Source: Spirochaetota bacterium
GTDB lineage: Bacteria > Spirochaetota > UBA12135 > COTS27 > CBDBHE01
DNA length: 64,000 nucleotides
Assembly: GCA_965205605.1 (NCBI GenBank)
Contig: CBDBHE010000007.1
Coordinates: 32,001-96,000 of the forward strand
Reading direction: 5' to 3'
Below are positions 39,153-49,599 of the stretch, in pieces. The position numbers were made by a program, and so were the translations under genes. The number at the start of each line of letters is the position of its first letter. Position 1 is the first letter of the stretch. Under the pieces are notes generated by a model that was not told where the DNA came from, did no database searches, and saw only the letters and a program-made list of their open reading frames with translations.

Positions 39153-40292
39153 TTAATTTTTTTTCATTACTTTCTTCACCCATTTTTTTTTCCAATTTAA
39201 AAAATCACCTTCTATAATTTTCTCTCTAGCTCTCTTCATCAGCCACAAATAAAAATGTAAATTATGCATACTCGCTATATGAGCAGCTAAAATCTCTCCA
39301 CTGACAAGCAGATGCCTTAAATAGGCTTTGGAATAAAAAGAACTCACTTCATTATCAAGTCCTCTATCAATAGGTGAAAAATCTTTTTGCCATTTTCTAT
39401 TTCGAATATTAATAATTCCTTCTGTTGTAAATAACATCCCATTTCTTCCGTTACGAGTGGGCATAATACAATCAAAAAAATCAATCCCTAAATGGATTGC
39501 TTCTAAAAGATTTTCTGGTGTCCCTACTCCCATTAAATAGCGTGCTTTATTAGACGGTAATTTTCCAATAGAAATTTCTACCATTTTATACCTTTCTTCA
39601 TCCGTTTCCCCAACAGAAAGTCCTCCAATCGCATACCCTTCACCTTGATACGTCAACATTTTTTCAACAGACATTTCTCTAAGATCCTCGTACATTCCTC
39701 CTTGAACAATTGGGAATAAAAAATCTTTTTTTCCATACCTTGGACTTGTTTTTTCAAATTGCTCCACACATTCCTCAAACCAATGATGAGTCCTTTCCAT
39801 CGAAGCTTTCGCTTCTTTAAAACCACAAGGATACGGAGTGCATTCATCAAAAGTCATCATAATATCAGAACCAATGATTCTTTGCATATCAATCACTTCT
39901 TTTGGCTTAAAAAAATGTTTAGAACCATCAATATGAGAATTAAAAATAACTCCCTCTTCTGTAATTCGTCTAGAACTGGCAAGTGAATAAACTTGATACC
40001 CTCCACTATCCGTTAAAAGACTCTCTCCCCAGCCCATAAAGACATGAAGTCCCCCTGCTTCTAAAAGCACTTTTAAAGAAGGTCTTAAATATAAATGATA
40101 CGTATTAGCAAGAATAATCTCTGTTTTTAAATCATCTTTAAGATTTTTTTGACTCAGAGCTTTTACCGTCCCCCCTGTCCCTACTGGCATAAAAACGGGA
40201 GTCTGAATGACACTGTGTGCCGTTTTAAAAAAACCTGCTCTTGCAGCTGTCTGTTTATCTTTTTTAACTAAAGAAAAACCCAAAGATTCCAA
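39153..40292 (-). CDS. tgt: Queuine tRNA-ribosyltransferase
   Basis: TPVFMPVGT, NTYHL, TDSGGYQV, IVQGG, AIGGLSVGE, YLMGVG, DCIMPTR. Confidence 0.97.
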   Translation of the reverse strand: MESLGFSLVKKDKQTAARAGFFKTAHSVIQTPVFMPVGTGGTVKALSQKNLKDDLKTEIILANTYHLYLRPSLKVLLEAGGLHVFMGWGESLLTDSGGYQVYSLASSRRITEEGVIFNSHIDGSKHFFKPKEVIDMQRIIGSDIMMTFDECTPYPCGFKEAKASMERTHHWFEECVEQFEKTSPRYGKKDFLFPIVQGGMYEDLREMSVEKMLTYQGEGYAIGGLSVGETDEERYKMVEISIGKLPSNKARYLMGVGTPENLLEAIHLGIDFFDCIMPTRNGRNGMLFTTEGIINIRNRKWQKDFSPIDRGLDNEVSSFYSKAYLRHLLVSGEILAAHIASMHNLHFYLWLMKRAREKIIEGDFLNWKKKWVKKVMKKN

Positions 40293-40343
40293 ATTAAACT
40301 TTCTGTATTTAAGTCAATATTATTTTAAAAAAAAATAAATCAA

Positions 40344-40685
40344 TTAACCCGGTGGCCAAGTCATACTCCTTCCCCCCAAAACATGAAGATGTAAGTGATT
40401 GACCGTTTGGCCTCCATTTTCTCTACAATTAATCACAAAACGATACCCTTTATCTGCTAGTCCTTGTTCTTTAGCGACTCTTGTCGCTACCAATAAAAGA
40501 TCTCCCATAAGAAATGCATCGGTTGTTTTTAAATCTGACAAACAAGCAATTTCTTTTTTTGGAATCACCAAAAAATGAACCGGTGCTTTTGGGTTTATGT
40601 CCTTAAAAGCAAGATAATTTTCGTCTTCATACAAAATGTCAGCTGCCATTTCTTTATCAATAATTTTTTTAAAAATAGTACTCAT
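40344..40685 (-). CDS. hinT: Histidine triad nucleotide-binding protein
   Basis: MSTIFKKII start at 40685, AFKDINPKAPVH, GQTVNHLHLHVLGGR. Confidence 0.92.
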   Translation of the reverse strand: MSTIFKKIIDKEMAADILYEDENYLAFKDINPKAPVHFLVIPKKEIACLSDLKTTDAFLMGDLLLVATRVAKEQGLADKGYRFVINCRENGGQTVNHLHLHVLGGRSMTWPPG

Positions 40686-40734
40686 AAAAATAGATACTAT
40701 TAAAACATATCGGAAAAAAAAGAAAAAGTCAAAA

Positions 40735-42421
40735 TTACAATTTTTTGTCTCGAAAAAAAACAATGATTTTTTCTTTACCATAAAAAGGACACGGGTATTC
40801 ACTATGAAACATTTTTAATATTTTATAGTTTAGCTTTTCATTAATGAGTTTTTCAAAAAAACCTTTTACTTTAGGATACCCTCTTTTAACATCTAAAAAA
40901 CGATTATAATGAGCTGAAGAAATAATAACATAGTCAGGGTTTACCCTTGAAAGAGCTTTAGTAGCATAACTCCCATTAATTAGTATCTTTTCTCTTTCAA
41001 CCTCTTTAATCATTAAATTTTCAAGGTATTTATTATTGTTTTCTTTAGCATATTTTAGCTGATTTCTTGCTCTTCCACCAAAGTATCGCATATTTATATG
41101 GTTAATATTTTTAGTGATATTATCTATTGGTAAGTATACAAAAGGACTTTTATAAATCAATGTACTAGGCTTAAGATTAAATTTAGCCCATTTTTGAAAA
41201 AGCACTTTACTATTTAAAGTGAATACTTTTAGCCTATTAAAATTTTCGATATTATTGGTACAAAACACTGCTAATACAAGTAATATTAATAAGGCTCTAA
41301 TTATTTTTCTTAAAGGTTTTTTTTTAAAATTGAATCCATAATAAAAAAACAAACCAACCGTTAAAAAAGGAAGGAAAGAAAAGGGCATTATAAACCTAGA
41401 AATAAACCTAGGTATCCCTCCGATTTTTAAATAATAAAATATAAAAAGAAATCTGTTTTTTATCTATTTTTGTTTTATTTTTTTTAAGACAGAGTAAAAG
41501 AAATAAAATATTACCTAAAATTATGAATACAAACAATAAAACATCTGGTATATCTCTTAGAGCATGTAATAGGTAGTTTTTGTAATTAGTTACATCACCT
41601 AATTGTCCACCCCAGATTGGAGCTATTGTGTAGTTCCAGTAGAAATCAGACCAAAATTTTTTATACTCCAAAACAGCATTTGGCGTTGCAAAAATAAACG
41701 CAATCAATATAGCAAGAAGACCCATCCATAATTTTTGATTCATCATCTCTTTAAATGAAATAAAACCTTTTAAATTAAACATTCTCAATGTGTGTGCCAG
41801 TGGTATCGCAATCCCCAGAGCGATACCATTATATTTTGTGGCTGATGCAACACCAATAAAAATACCTGCTAATAAATACGGCTTAACAGTATCTGTGCCA
41901 CTTAGTATGATTTGAGATGAATAATAAAAAGATAAAATTAAGAAAAACATCAGTGGAATATCTGTGGTAAGATAATGACTGTGAATTAAATAAGTACTTG
42001 TGACAAAGAGTAAAGCTAAACAATTAGCAACAAATAAATTAAAGACTTGTTTAGTAAGAGAATGTAAATATGCTATACAAGTGACTAGCATCCCTGCAAC
42101 TAAAATTTTACTTAAAATAAGTTTATAAAAATACTCTTGATATGCTGGAATATCAAAAAGAGAAGCAAAAATTTTAACGGGTAGTCTAATAGTGAATAAA
42201 TTTAAATAGATATAAAATGGAGGTTTATTATATCCTGATGGTGGTAAAAAAGGAAAAAGAGAATGCTTTACTTTTCTAAAAGCCATCGTGTCTGGATTCC
42301 AGTCTCCATAACCTATGCCATAAAGACACCATCCTAGTACAACCAGCATCGAAAACACTAGAATGGGGTAATTTCGAATTATTTTTATAAGCTTAACTAA
42401 AGTTGTTCTTTTAAAAATCAT
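40735..42421 (-). pseudogene. GT-C fold (ArnT/PMT, GT39-like) membrane glycosyltransferase split by a frameshift
   Basis: 5' ORF has WNPD, KPPFY, HYLTTD and ATKYNG motifs. The frame of the 3' ORF extends upstream as IGGIPRFISRFIMP and meets the 5' frame at an A5 run near 41424-41428. Confidence 0.72.
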
Positions 42422-42473
42422 CAATAGACTACTTGCCTTTTATTTTAACTTAATTAAAATGGTCTAAACTAAT

Positions 42474-42782
42474 TTAATTTTTTTTATAAAAATTCTTCTT
42501 AATATTTCTTTTTTTAAGTGGAAGCGGATCATCCCCAAACCCTCCCCAAGGGTGACATCTTAAAAGACGATTTAAGGTTAAATAACTGCCATAAAAAAAA
42601 CCTTTCTTTTCAAGAGCCTCTAAAGCATATGCCGAACAACTAGGAGTATACCGACAACTTGGGCGTAAATAAGGACTTACAAATTTTCGATAAAAATGAA
42701 TCAAAATTTTCAAAACCATCACAGGGGTTTTCCAAAAAAAAAGAAAAACTAATTTAAAAACACTTTCTTTTTTTTTAATCAT
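42474..42782 (-). CDS. yidD: Membrane protein insertion efficiency factor
   Basis: SP..PSCRYTPSCSAYALEA, RLLRCHPWGG.G.DP; start codon uncertain. Confidence 0.9.
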   Translation of the reverse strand: MIKKKESVFKLVFLFFWKTPVMVLKILIHFYRKFVSPYLRPSCRYTPSCSAYALEALEKKGFFYGSYLTLNRLLRCHPWGGFGDDPLPLKKRNIKKNFYKKN

Positions 42783-42954
42783 ATCAATATTTGCTCTATA
42801 CAATATTTATTCTATAGTAATAATCAAATATAAATATTCTACTATTAGTTTAAAATGCTGACTAATGCTTTTACAAAAGATCTTACTTTTTAGTGTTTAA
42901 AAAATAACTTAATGATTTTATAATGCTTAGCTTGTAATAAGCTTCTTTTACAAA

Positions 42955-44043
42955 ATGAAAATTATTCATCAATATGTTTTAAAAGAATTTTTAAAGAGTT
43001 TTTTTGGAGCCCTTATTCTGACTTTAGGGCTTTTTATTATTGTCCGACTTTTAGATAATTTGACTTTCTTCTTAAAAATCTCTGAACGGACTCCTTTCAC
43101 AGATTATCTCTTTTATTTTATATACCAACTACCTTTTACTTTTCTCTACACCTACCCGCTCTCATCTATGTTTGCCACTAATTATACTTTAGGTAAAATG
43201 AATGCTCATAATGAAATTATTTGTATGTATGCAACAGGAAAGTCGATTATTTATATTTGTCTTCCGATTATTATTTTTATTTTTTTTCTCTCTTCGATTT
43301 TTTTTATTTTTGAAGAACCCATTATTTATAACCCTCACGAAAAGTATCTGCTGCTTTCTAAAAAAATGGCTCGCTCTAGTTTGATAAAAAAAAACCTTAG
43401 AGAAAATATTGCTATTTTTGGAAGAGAAAATAAGATTTACTTCATTCAAAAATACGATCAAATGAATTATGAAATGGAAAATACTCATATTGTTTACTTA
43501 AATAAAAACAATATTTTTTCAAATATCATTAGCGCTAGAAAATTAACCTACAACGTGAATAGTAATATTTGGGCTGGGAGTAATGTTTACATCCGTACCT
43601 TTGAAAAAGAGAAAGAAATCAGTTTTATTCACCATAAAAACATCAACTTAGAACTTCAAGAAAAACCTTTTGACTTTGAAAGAGAAAATCGTAAAACGAT
43701 TGATATTTCTAGAAAACAGGCAAAAATAATTGCCAATAAATTAAAAATCATTGGAGGAGAAGTCGCCAAATGGGAAACAGAATATTTTTTTAAATTAGGC
43801 AATCCTTTCATTGCCGTCATTATTGTTTTTCTTTCGATTCCTATTGCTGTTTTTTCTAAGAAGACTTCTTTTGTAAACTCTCTTTTTTTAATCATTATTA
43901 CGACATTTATTTTTTTTATTATAAGCTACGTTGGGAGGTCTCTTGGGGTTAATGAATTTTTTCCTCCTTATCTAGGAGCTTGGTTAGGACATATTATTTT
44001 TATTTTTACTAGCTATTTACTTTTTAAAAAAGCATCTCTCTAG
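42955..44043 (+). CDS. LptF/LptG family LPS export permease
   Basis: YVLKEFLK start, 3+3 TM layout with beta-rich periplasmic domain, NEI...ATG.S, PPYLGAW. Confidence 0.85.
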   Translation: MKIIHQYVLKEFLKSFFGALILTLGLFIIVRLLDNLTFFLKISERTPFTDYLFYFIYQLPFTFLYTYPLSSMFATNYTLGKMNAHNEIICMYATGKSIIYICLPIIIFIFFLSSIFFIFEEPIIYNPHEKYLLLSKKMARSSLIKKNLRENIAIFGRENKIYFIQKYDQMNYEMENTHIVYLNKNNIFSNIISARKLTYNVNSNIWAGSNVYIRTFEKEKEISFIHHKNINLELQEKPFDFERENRKTIDISRKQAKIIANKLKIIGGEVAKWETEYFFKLGNPFIAVIIVFLSIPIAVFSKKTSFVNSLFLIIITTFIFFIISYVGRSLGVNEFFPPYLGAWLGHIIFIFTSYLLFKKASL

Positions 44044-44048
44044 TCCTT

Positions 44049-45395
44049 CTAAAAAGAAACTTTGATATCTAAAACTAAAGAAGACCCTAAATTAGCATAA
44101 GTAAATTCTTTATCTTTTGAGCCTAAATACAAAGTAGGCGTTAGAGAAAAAACAAAATCTTGAATCGGAGAAAAAGAAACAACTGGGCTCAAAATTAAAG
44201 AAGTATCAACTATATTTAAAGCCATATTTACATTAAAGGTGGTTGTCTTTGTAAAAAGATCTAAAAAAGTTAGAAAAATAGAAACGTACCATTGACTATG
44301 TTGGAGTGGATAATACCCCATTTGATCTAAAAAAAGTAATTTTAAATCTGTATCTTCTAAAATCGTTTTATCGGCATACCCCTCTCCATTATAAAAAATT
44401 TCTCCTCCATATACATTTAAACCTTCTCTAAAAGATTTATTAAAACCTAAAACCATTTTAAAAGATTCTCTTTGATAACGTTTTAAAAGCCACTTGTCAT
44501 CTTCATTTAAAAAAAATCTTTCATTAAAATGAGACAACGAATACGCCCCTTCCCCATAAAAATTAAAACCTAAAAACCCTGTTGAAAAATCAAAAGCATA
44601 AATCGGATCTCTTCCTTTTTTTCCCCAATAAGAAACCCCAAGCTCAAGCTTTCCTAAAAGCACTTCTCCTTTAAGTGCAAGTGAATAATCATCATAAACA
44701 CTCAAGTCTTCAGGCCCCCCAATAAAAGAATAAAAATTAAAAAGTGTTCCAATAGGAACAGAAAAACGAAGCCCATAAACTCCCCGTCGGATTCGATCTA
44801 AATCCGTAAACGCCTTTAAATCAACATTAATCACATCAGCCGGTGTCCAAAAAAACCCTCGACTCCACTGTAGGACTTGCTTTCCAATACGAAAATAAAC
44901 CAAATAAAAAAGATTAAAATCAATAAACGATTCATTAAAATTAAGATAATAATCACTCCCATTATTTGCTAATAAGTCCGTTATATTACTAGAAACATTT
45001 TTTGTTTCCTCTTGTTCCAAATCAGAAACTTCCCTAATCGTGCCTAAAGCAGAGGGATAAAGAAGCAAGGAAAACGAAGTATAAACTTTCACTCCCTTAT
45101 CTAAACGAAGATCAAAAAATAAATCATTTTGAAAATAATTGAAAAAAAGATTCTCTCTCCAAGGAAGATCCCCTGTCACACTATCTCTTCTAATGTTGTA
45201 GTGAGAACGATTGTAAATATCCCCTCCAAAAGAGACCCCTTTGTTTTTATCTGAGATTTTTTTGTTATTACTATCCTCTAAGGAAGAAGATTCAACTAAA
45301 GAATCTTTTCCAAAAATAACTTCTTCATCAATTTCTTGAGCGACAAGAAAGGAAAGAAAAAAACAACTTAAAATAAGAAAATAAATGAATCTCAC
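44049..45395 (-). CDS. Putative outer-membrane beta-barrel protein
   Basis: Signal peptide, RIGKQ..W..G.FW.P.D motif, amphipathic strands, C-terminal Phe (DIKVSF). Confidence 0.7.
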   Translation of the reverse strand: MRFIYFLILSCFFLSFLVAQEIDEEVIFGKDSLVESSSLEDSNNKKISDKNKGVSFGGDIYNRSHYNIRRDSVTGDLPWRENLFFNYFQNDLFFDLRLDKGVKVYTSFSLLLYPSALGTIREVSDLEQEETKNVSSNITDLLANNGSDYYLNFNESFIDFNLFYLVYFRIGKQVLQWSRGFFWTPADVINVDLKAFTDLDRIRRGVYGLRFSVPIGTLFNFYSFIGGPEDLSVYDDYSLALKGEVLLGKLELGVSYWGKKGRDPIYAFDFSTGFLGFNFYGEGAYSLSHFNERFFLNEDDKWLLKRYQRESFKMVLGFNKSFREGLNVYGGEIFYNGEGYADKTILEDTDLKLLFLDQMGYYPLQHSQWYVSIFLTFLDLFTKTTTFNVNMALNIVDTSLILSPVVSFSPIQDFVFSLTPTLYLGSKDKEFTYANLGSSLVLDIKVSF

Positions 45396-45402
45396 TCAAA
45401 AA

Positions 45403-46209
45403 TTAACGACTTAAATTTTCAAGATAAGCTTTAGTAAAAACATTGTTTTTAATCGGCTGAAATGAAAAATCTTTAATCTCAAAAACAGTCTTATTGCCTT
45501 TTTCAAATTCATCAATATTATAACCTTTAACAGGGATATATCGATTGCCTACCTTGGTGTATTTTGGGAAGTATTGAGTTAAAAGCAAGGTTGCAGATTT
45601 TGAATAATTTTGAATTTTTAAAATCAGATAATTGTCTTTTCTAACATAAAGAGTTTGTTTAGGATAAGTGACATCTCGCACTTTAGCGGTAATAAAAACA
45701 ATATAAACTGGAATACTGCCAACTTTACCTTCTTTTATTTTTTGCTTACCATCTTCATCTTTGTCAATTTGATAAAGCTCGGAGGTTTTTCTTTGCTCTA
45801 AGTCACCACTTCTAATATCAGTGCCGCCTATATTTTCATCCCTACCAATATGTTGAAACGATCTGGTGTTTTTTCGGTAAAGCCAAAAATTATCTTTTTT
45901 TTTAAGATACCCATTGCCTTTTTCTTGATTAGGAGCGAGCATAACAATTAGAAAAGAGTCATCCCGATCTCTCCTATAATAAACCATTTCAAAACGACGC
46001 GTCCCTTGGACAGGTCTTGTTTGAAGCAAAGTTATTTTGGCTACTACATCAGATTGAATGGATTGTTGTTGATCAATTTCTTTTAAAATTTTTTTCCCCA
46101 AGTCTTTTGGCATGCCAAAAGAAAGTAAAAAACAGCCATAAAAGATTAATTTTATTTGAAGTAAAGTAATTACTTTACTTACTTGTCGATTGAAAATAGT
46201 GGTTTTCAT
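45403..46209 (-). CDS. LolA-like outer-membrane lipoprotein-sorting family protein
   Basis: EKG.GYL...NFWLY, GTD...DL, VFTKAYLE; adjacent to an ABC system. Confidence 0.8.
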   Translation of the reverse strand: MKTTIFNRQVSKVITLLQIKLIFYGCFLLSFGMPKDLGKKILKEIDQQQSIQSDVVAKITLLQTRPVQGTRRFEMVYYRRDRDDSFLIVMLAPNQEKGNGYLKKKDNFWLYRKNTRSFQHIGRDENIGGTDIRSGDLEQRKTSELYQIDKDEDGKQKIKEGKVGSIPVYIVFITAKVRDVTYPKQTLYVRKDNYLILKIQNYSKSATLLLTQYFPKYTKVGNRYIPVKGYNIDEFEKGNKTVFEIKDFSFQPIKNNVFTKAYLENLSR

Positions 46210-46262
46210 TTTAATGGGCTCCTTCTCCTTTTTATACTTTTTGTTTTTATTGTTATTTTTTT

Positions 46263-47978
46263 TTACCCATAATGTCCAAGAGCTTCTGATGGTTTAAGCT
46301 TTGCTGCCTTTAAAGACGGAAAGAATGCTGATAAAGTCGTCACTAAAACAATCAAAAAAGTATAGATTAAAAGAGAAATAAAACTCACCAAAAAATGCAA
46401 ATGACCATCTCGAAGAAAAAAAGAAAAATAATTTTCTGTCCCAAAATCAAACATTGAAAGGAAGAAAATAACAATAAAAGAAATTAAAATACCAGCTAAA
46501 CAAGCAAAAAAAGAAAGGATCCCCGCTTCCATTAAAAACGAACCTAGCACATTTTTTCGACTCATTCCTATGGCTCTAATGGTCCCAATTTCTCTAGTAC
46601 GCTCTCGAATCGAAAGATTAAACGTATTGATCACTCCCACTAAAACAATAAGACCAATAATAATAAAAGCAAAATAAGTAATCGATTTAATGGCAGCTTC
46701 CATTTCCAAAAATTGCGAACCTGTTTCATACATCGTACGGACATCTAAAGCTTGACCTTGCCATTTTTTTTTATTTAAATGAGCAAATTTAACGTTAATT
46801 GCCTCTGTGCTGTCACTTTGTTCCATCAAAATCCAACTTTTAAGGAATAAATCTGGGTATTCTTGATCAATTTTTTTAAGGAGATCGTTTTCACCATCAC
46901 TAAGATCTCTTGGAATAAAAGGATAATACAATTCATACAAAAGCTCTGGAGAGACGAGCCCATAAGAAATATTTTTTTTAGGGGTCTTTACGGCTTTAAT
47001 TTTTAAACGCACTTTTTTTGTCGAATGATATTTTGGAAAATAAGAAGCCTCAACTATCTGACCTTCTTTTAACCCAAAGGTATCGATGGTGTTTTTAGAA
47101 AGCCCAAGAGTTTTTTTAGAAATACTTGGTAGAAGGCTAAGATCAAAAGAAGGCTTGTGATCATCTTCTTGATTAAAATCAATTTTTTTTAAATTGCCAG
47201 CAAGAGCCATTAACGATTGATTGTTGATCAATAAAGGCAAAGCGGCTATTTTTGGCTTTAAAGAGCTTCTTAAAATTTTAGAATATTTTTTAGCTTTGAG
47301 TGGGTTTTCTAAGATAATTTTAATTTTAGAAGCTTCATGAGGGTCATAGCCTAAAGAAATTTTCAAGTCATCTAAATTAACATAAACTGCTAAATCTAAA
47401 AAAAAGCTCTCTGGTTTTAAAAGAGCCACGACTTCTAGTTTTAAAATTTCAGCTTGTCCATAAATTCCTTGAAAACGAGTTGTAACAAAATCTCCCACTT
47501 TAACATTGAGGTCTTCTGCCTTATTACGATAAAGCATGGCTTTGTTTTTTCCAGAAATAAACTTTTCCACACTCCCCTCAACGACTTGAATGCTTGATTT
47601 TTCATCCATGATTTTTTCTTTACTAATTCCTGAAAGCACCATATTATCTCCAACTCCATTTCCAACTACTCTCGTCCATGCAGTAATGTTTTCATCAATT
47701 TTTTTAAAAGTTGGGATATTTTCTTTAATAAGTTTTTCAAAAAAAAATCGATCTCTTGCAATTTCTCCTTTAACCTTTGTTCTCTCTTGAATCGAAATTT
47801 CAATATGACCTGTAAAATCTGCTAAAAAGGTATTCATCACAATATCAGAAAGTCCTTCGGCAAAAGAGCTAGAAAGCACTAAAATGACCATCCCCACACT
47901 AATACCAAGACCCAAAAGAATGTTGCGTCTTTTTTGACGAATCAAATTTCTAAAAGCAATTCTAAAAATAAGTTTCAT
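46263..47978 (-). CDS. ABC transporter permease (MacB/LolC/FtsX type)
   Basis: IAFRNL..QKRR, ERTREIGTIRAIGM, P..KAAKLKPSEAL. Confidence 0.9.
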   Translation of the reverse strand: MKLIFRIAFRNLIRQKRRNILLGLGISVGMVILVLSSSFAEGLSDIVMNTFLADFTGHIEISIQERTKVKGEIARDRFFFEKLIKENIPTFKKIDENITAWTRVVGNGVGDNMVLSGISKEKIMDEKSSIQVVEGSVEKFISGKNKAMLYRNKAEDLNVKVGDFVTTRFQGIYGQAEILKLEVVALLKPESFFLDLAVYVNLDDLKISLGYDPHEASKIKIILENPLKAKKYSKILRSSLKPKIAALPLLINNQSLMALAGNLKKIDFNQEDDHKPSFDLSLLPSISKKTLGLSKNTIDTFGLKEGQIVEASYFPKYHSTKKVRLKIKAVKTPKKNISYGLVSPELLYELYYPFIPRDLSDGENDLLKKIDQEYPDLFLKSWILMEQSDSTEAINVKFAHLNKKKWQGQALDVRTMYETGSQFLEMEAAIKSITYFAFIIIGLIVLVGVINTFNLSIRERTREIGTIRAIGMSRKNVLGSFLMEAGILSFFACLAGILISFIVIFFLSMFDFGTENYFSFFLRDGHLHFLVSFISLLIYTFLIVLVTTLSAFFPSLKAAKLKPSEALGHYG

Positions 47979-47982
47979 CTCT

Positions 47983-49566
47983 TTAGTCTCTTACCATTGC
48001 ATCCAAAGGAGCTATTTTTCTACTAACAAATAAAGGATATAAAATAGAAAGAAAGGTGACTAATGCCAGAAAACCAATCCCTATAATCATATCAGAAAAC
48101 AAAAATACAGGTTGATAAACCTCTCCTCCTGCTATGACTTGTAAAAAGTCGTTTTTAATAGGCAGCTTAAGAAAGGCTAAATAAGTAGTCAAAAAAGAAC
48201 CTACTATCATTCCTAACAAACCAAATAAAAAAGAAAGTGAAAAGGTTTCTGTAAGCAACATCAAACCAATAAAACTTTTTTTAGCTCCAATCGCCCTCAT
48301 CATCCCAAGCTCTTCAGAACGCTCCAAAGTTGACATCGCAAGGGTATTCATAATGATAATAATTGCAACTAAAAAAATAAAAAAGACACAGACATAAAGA
48401 GCCACCCGAATTCCATCCAAAAAACTAATCATTGCTCCTCCCACTTCTTTCCAATCAATCGCTTTTGCTTGAAGACCGGCTTGTTTAAAGGCTTGATTAA
48501 AATTTAATAAGGCTCTTTTAAGATCTTTTTTATTTTTAAGGCGAAGACCAATCGCTTGAAAAGCCCCCGTGTCTATTGCAACTTTTTCTTGAATCGCATT
48601 ATTTTGTTTGAACAGCGTTTTGATACTTTGAGGCGTTGTCGCTTTAACATCAATTAAAAAACTATCTGATGAAAAAAGTTTTTCAATATCTTCTTCTTCT
48701 AAACCGACTGTTTTTTGTTCTTTTTTAGAAAGCTGCTTGGATTGATCTTCACCCAAGTTATAATTCATACACTGGCGGTAAGAAGTAATATCTAAAAGAC
48801 TAATTTCTCGCCAAAAAACCCTAAGAAACTTATATTTAAAAGTCCCCAAAATAGGAGTACGGACATCCATCACCGAGTTTTTATCTGAAGTCCCCATCAA
48901 AACAATATCGTTCTTAATAGGGAGCTCTGATTTTAAAGAGTTTTTAATTTCTTTGGGCAAATAATTTGTTTTAAAAGGATAGTTTTGAGGATAATAAAGC
49001 TCCTGATTAAACTTAAAGTACATATCCCTCATAAACTCAGTTATTAAAAGCCCTCGACTTCCTTTCTTTGGTAAACTGCCTTCTAAGATTTCAAAGTTTC
49101 CAAACATCTCATGATACTTCGCAAAATCAACCCCAAAAACTCCACACCCAGGCGGATAGCCTATGGCATTACTACCCCCTGAAAGCATCATTAAAAACCC
49201 AATCGTATACGGTAAATAATTTTCAACTAAAGGACTTGATTCAATCACTTCTTTTACTTTGTCATAACTAGCAATGACTTCAATCGGTTTTGCAAAAAAC
49301 TGCTCCATTAAAGCTGTTTTTTTTTGCTTGCTTGACACAATGGTAATGTCCCCTAAAAAACGATCGACTAAAACTTCCTTGACATTGCGGTCAACTGCTG
49401 TAATCGTAGAACCTCCCAAAATAATAATTAGCCCCCCAATAAAAAGAATCAAGCCTGTTACAAATGTTTTTCCTTTATGACGAAAAAGATTCCTAAAAGA
49501 AATTTTGATAAGCGTAATAAAAAAATAATTCCAAAAAATCTTAAAAAAAAAATTTATTTTATTCAT
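47983..49566 (-). CDS. ABC transporter permease (MacB/LolE/FtsX type)
   Basis: ISFRNLFRHK, ERSEELGMMRAIGA, YP....IAPLDAM. Confidence 0.9.
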   Translation of the reverse strand: MNKINFFFKIFWNYFFITLIKISFRNLFRHKGKTFVTGLILFIGGLIIILGGSTITAVDRNVKEVLVDRFLGDITIVSSKQKKTALMEQFFAKPIEVIASYDKVKEVIESSPLVENYLPYTIGFLMMLSGGSNAIGYPPGCGVFGVDFAKYHEMFGNFEILEGSLPKKGSRGLLITEFMRDMYFKFNQELYYPQNYPFKTNYLPKEIKNSLKSELPIKNDIVLMGTSDKNSVMDVRTPILGTFKYKFLRVFWREISLLDITSYRQCMNYNLGEDQSKQLSKKEQKTVGLEEEDIEKLFSSDSFLIDVKATTPQSIKTLFKQNNAIQEKVAIDTGAFQAIGLRLKNKKDLKRALLNFNQAFKQAGLQAKAIDWKEVGGAMISFLDGIRVALYVCVFFIFLVAIIIIMNTLAMSTLERSEELGMMRAIGAKKSFIGLMLLTETFSLSFLFGLLGMIVGSFLTTYLAFLKLPIKNDFLQVIAGGEVYQPVFLFSDMIIGIGFLALVTFLSILYPLFVSRKIAPLDAMVRD

Positions 49567-49599
49567 TGAAATTTTTTTAAAAAATTAAAAAGAAAAAAA

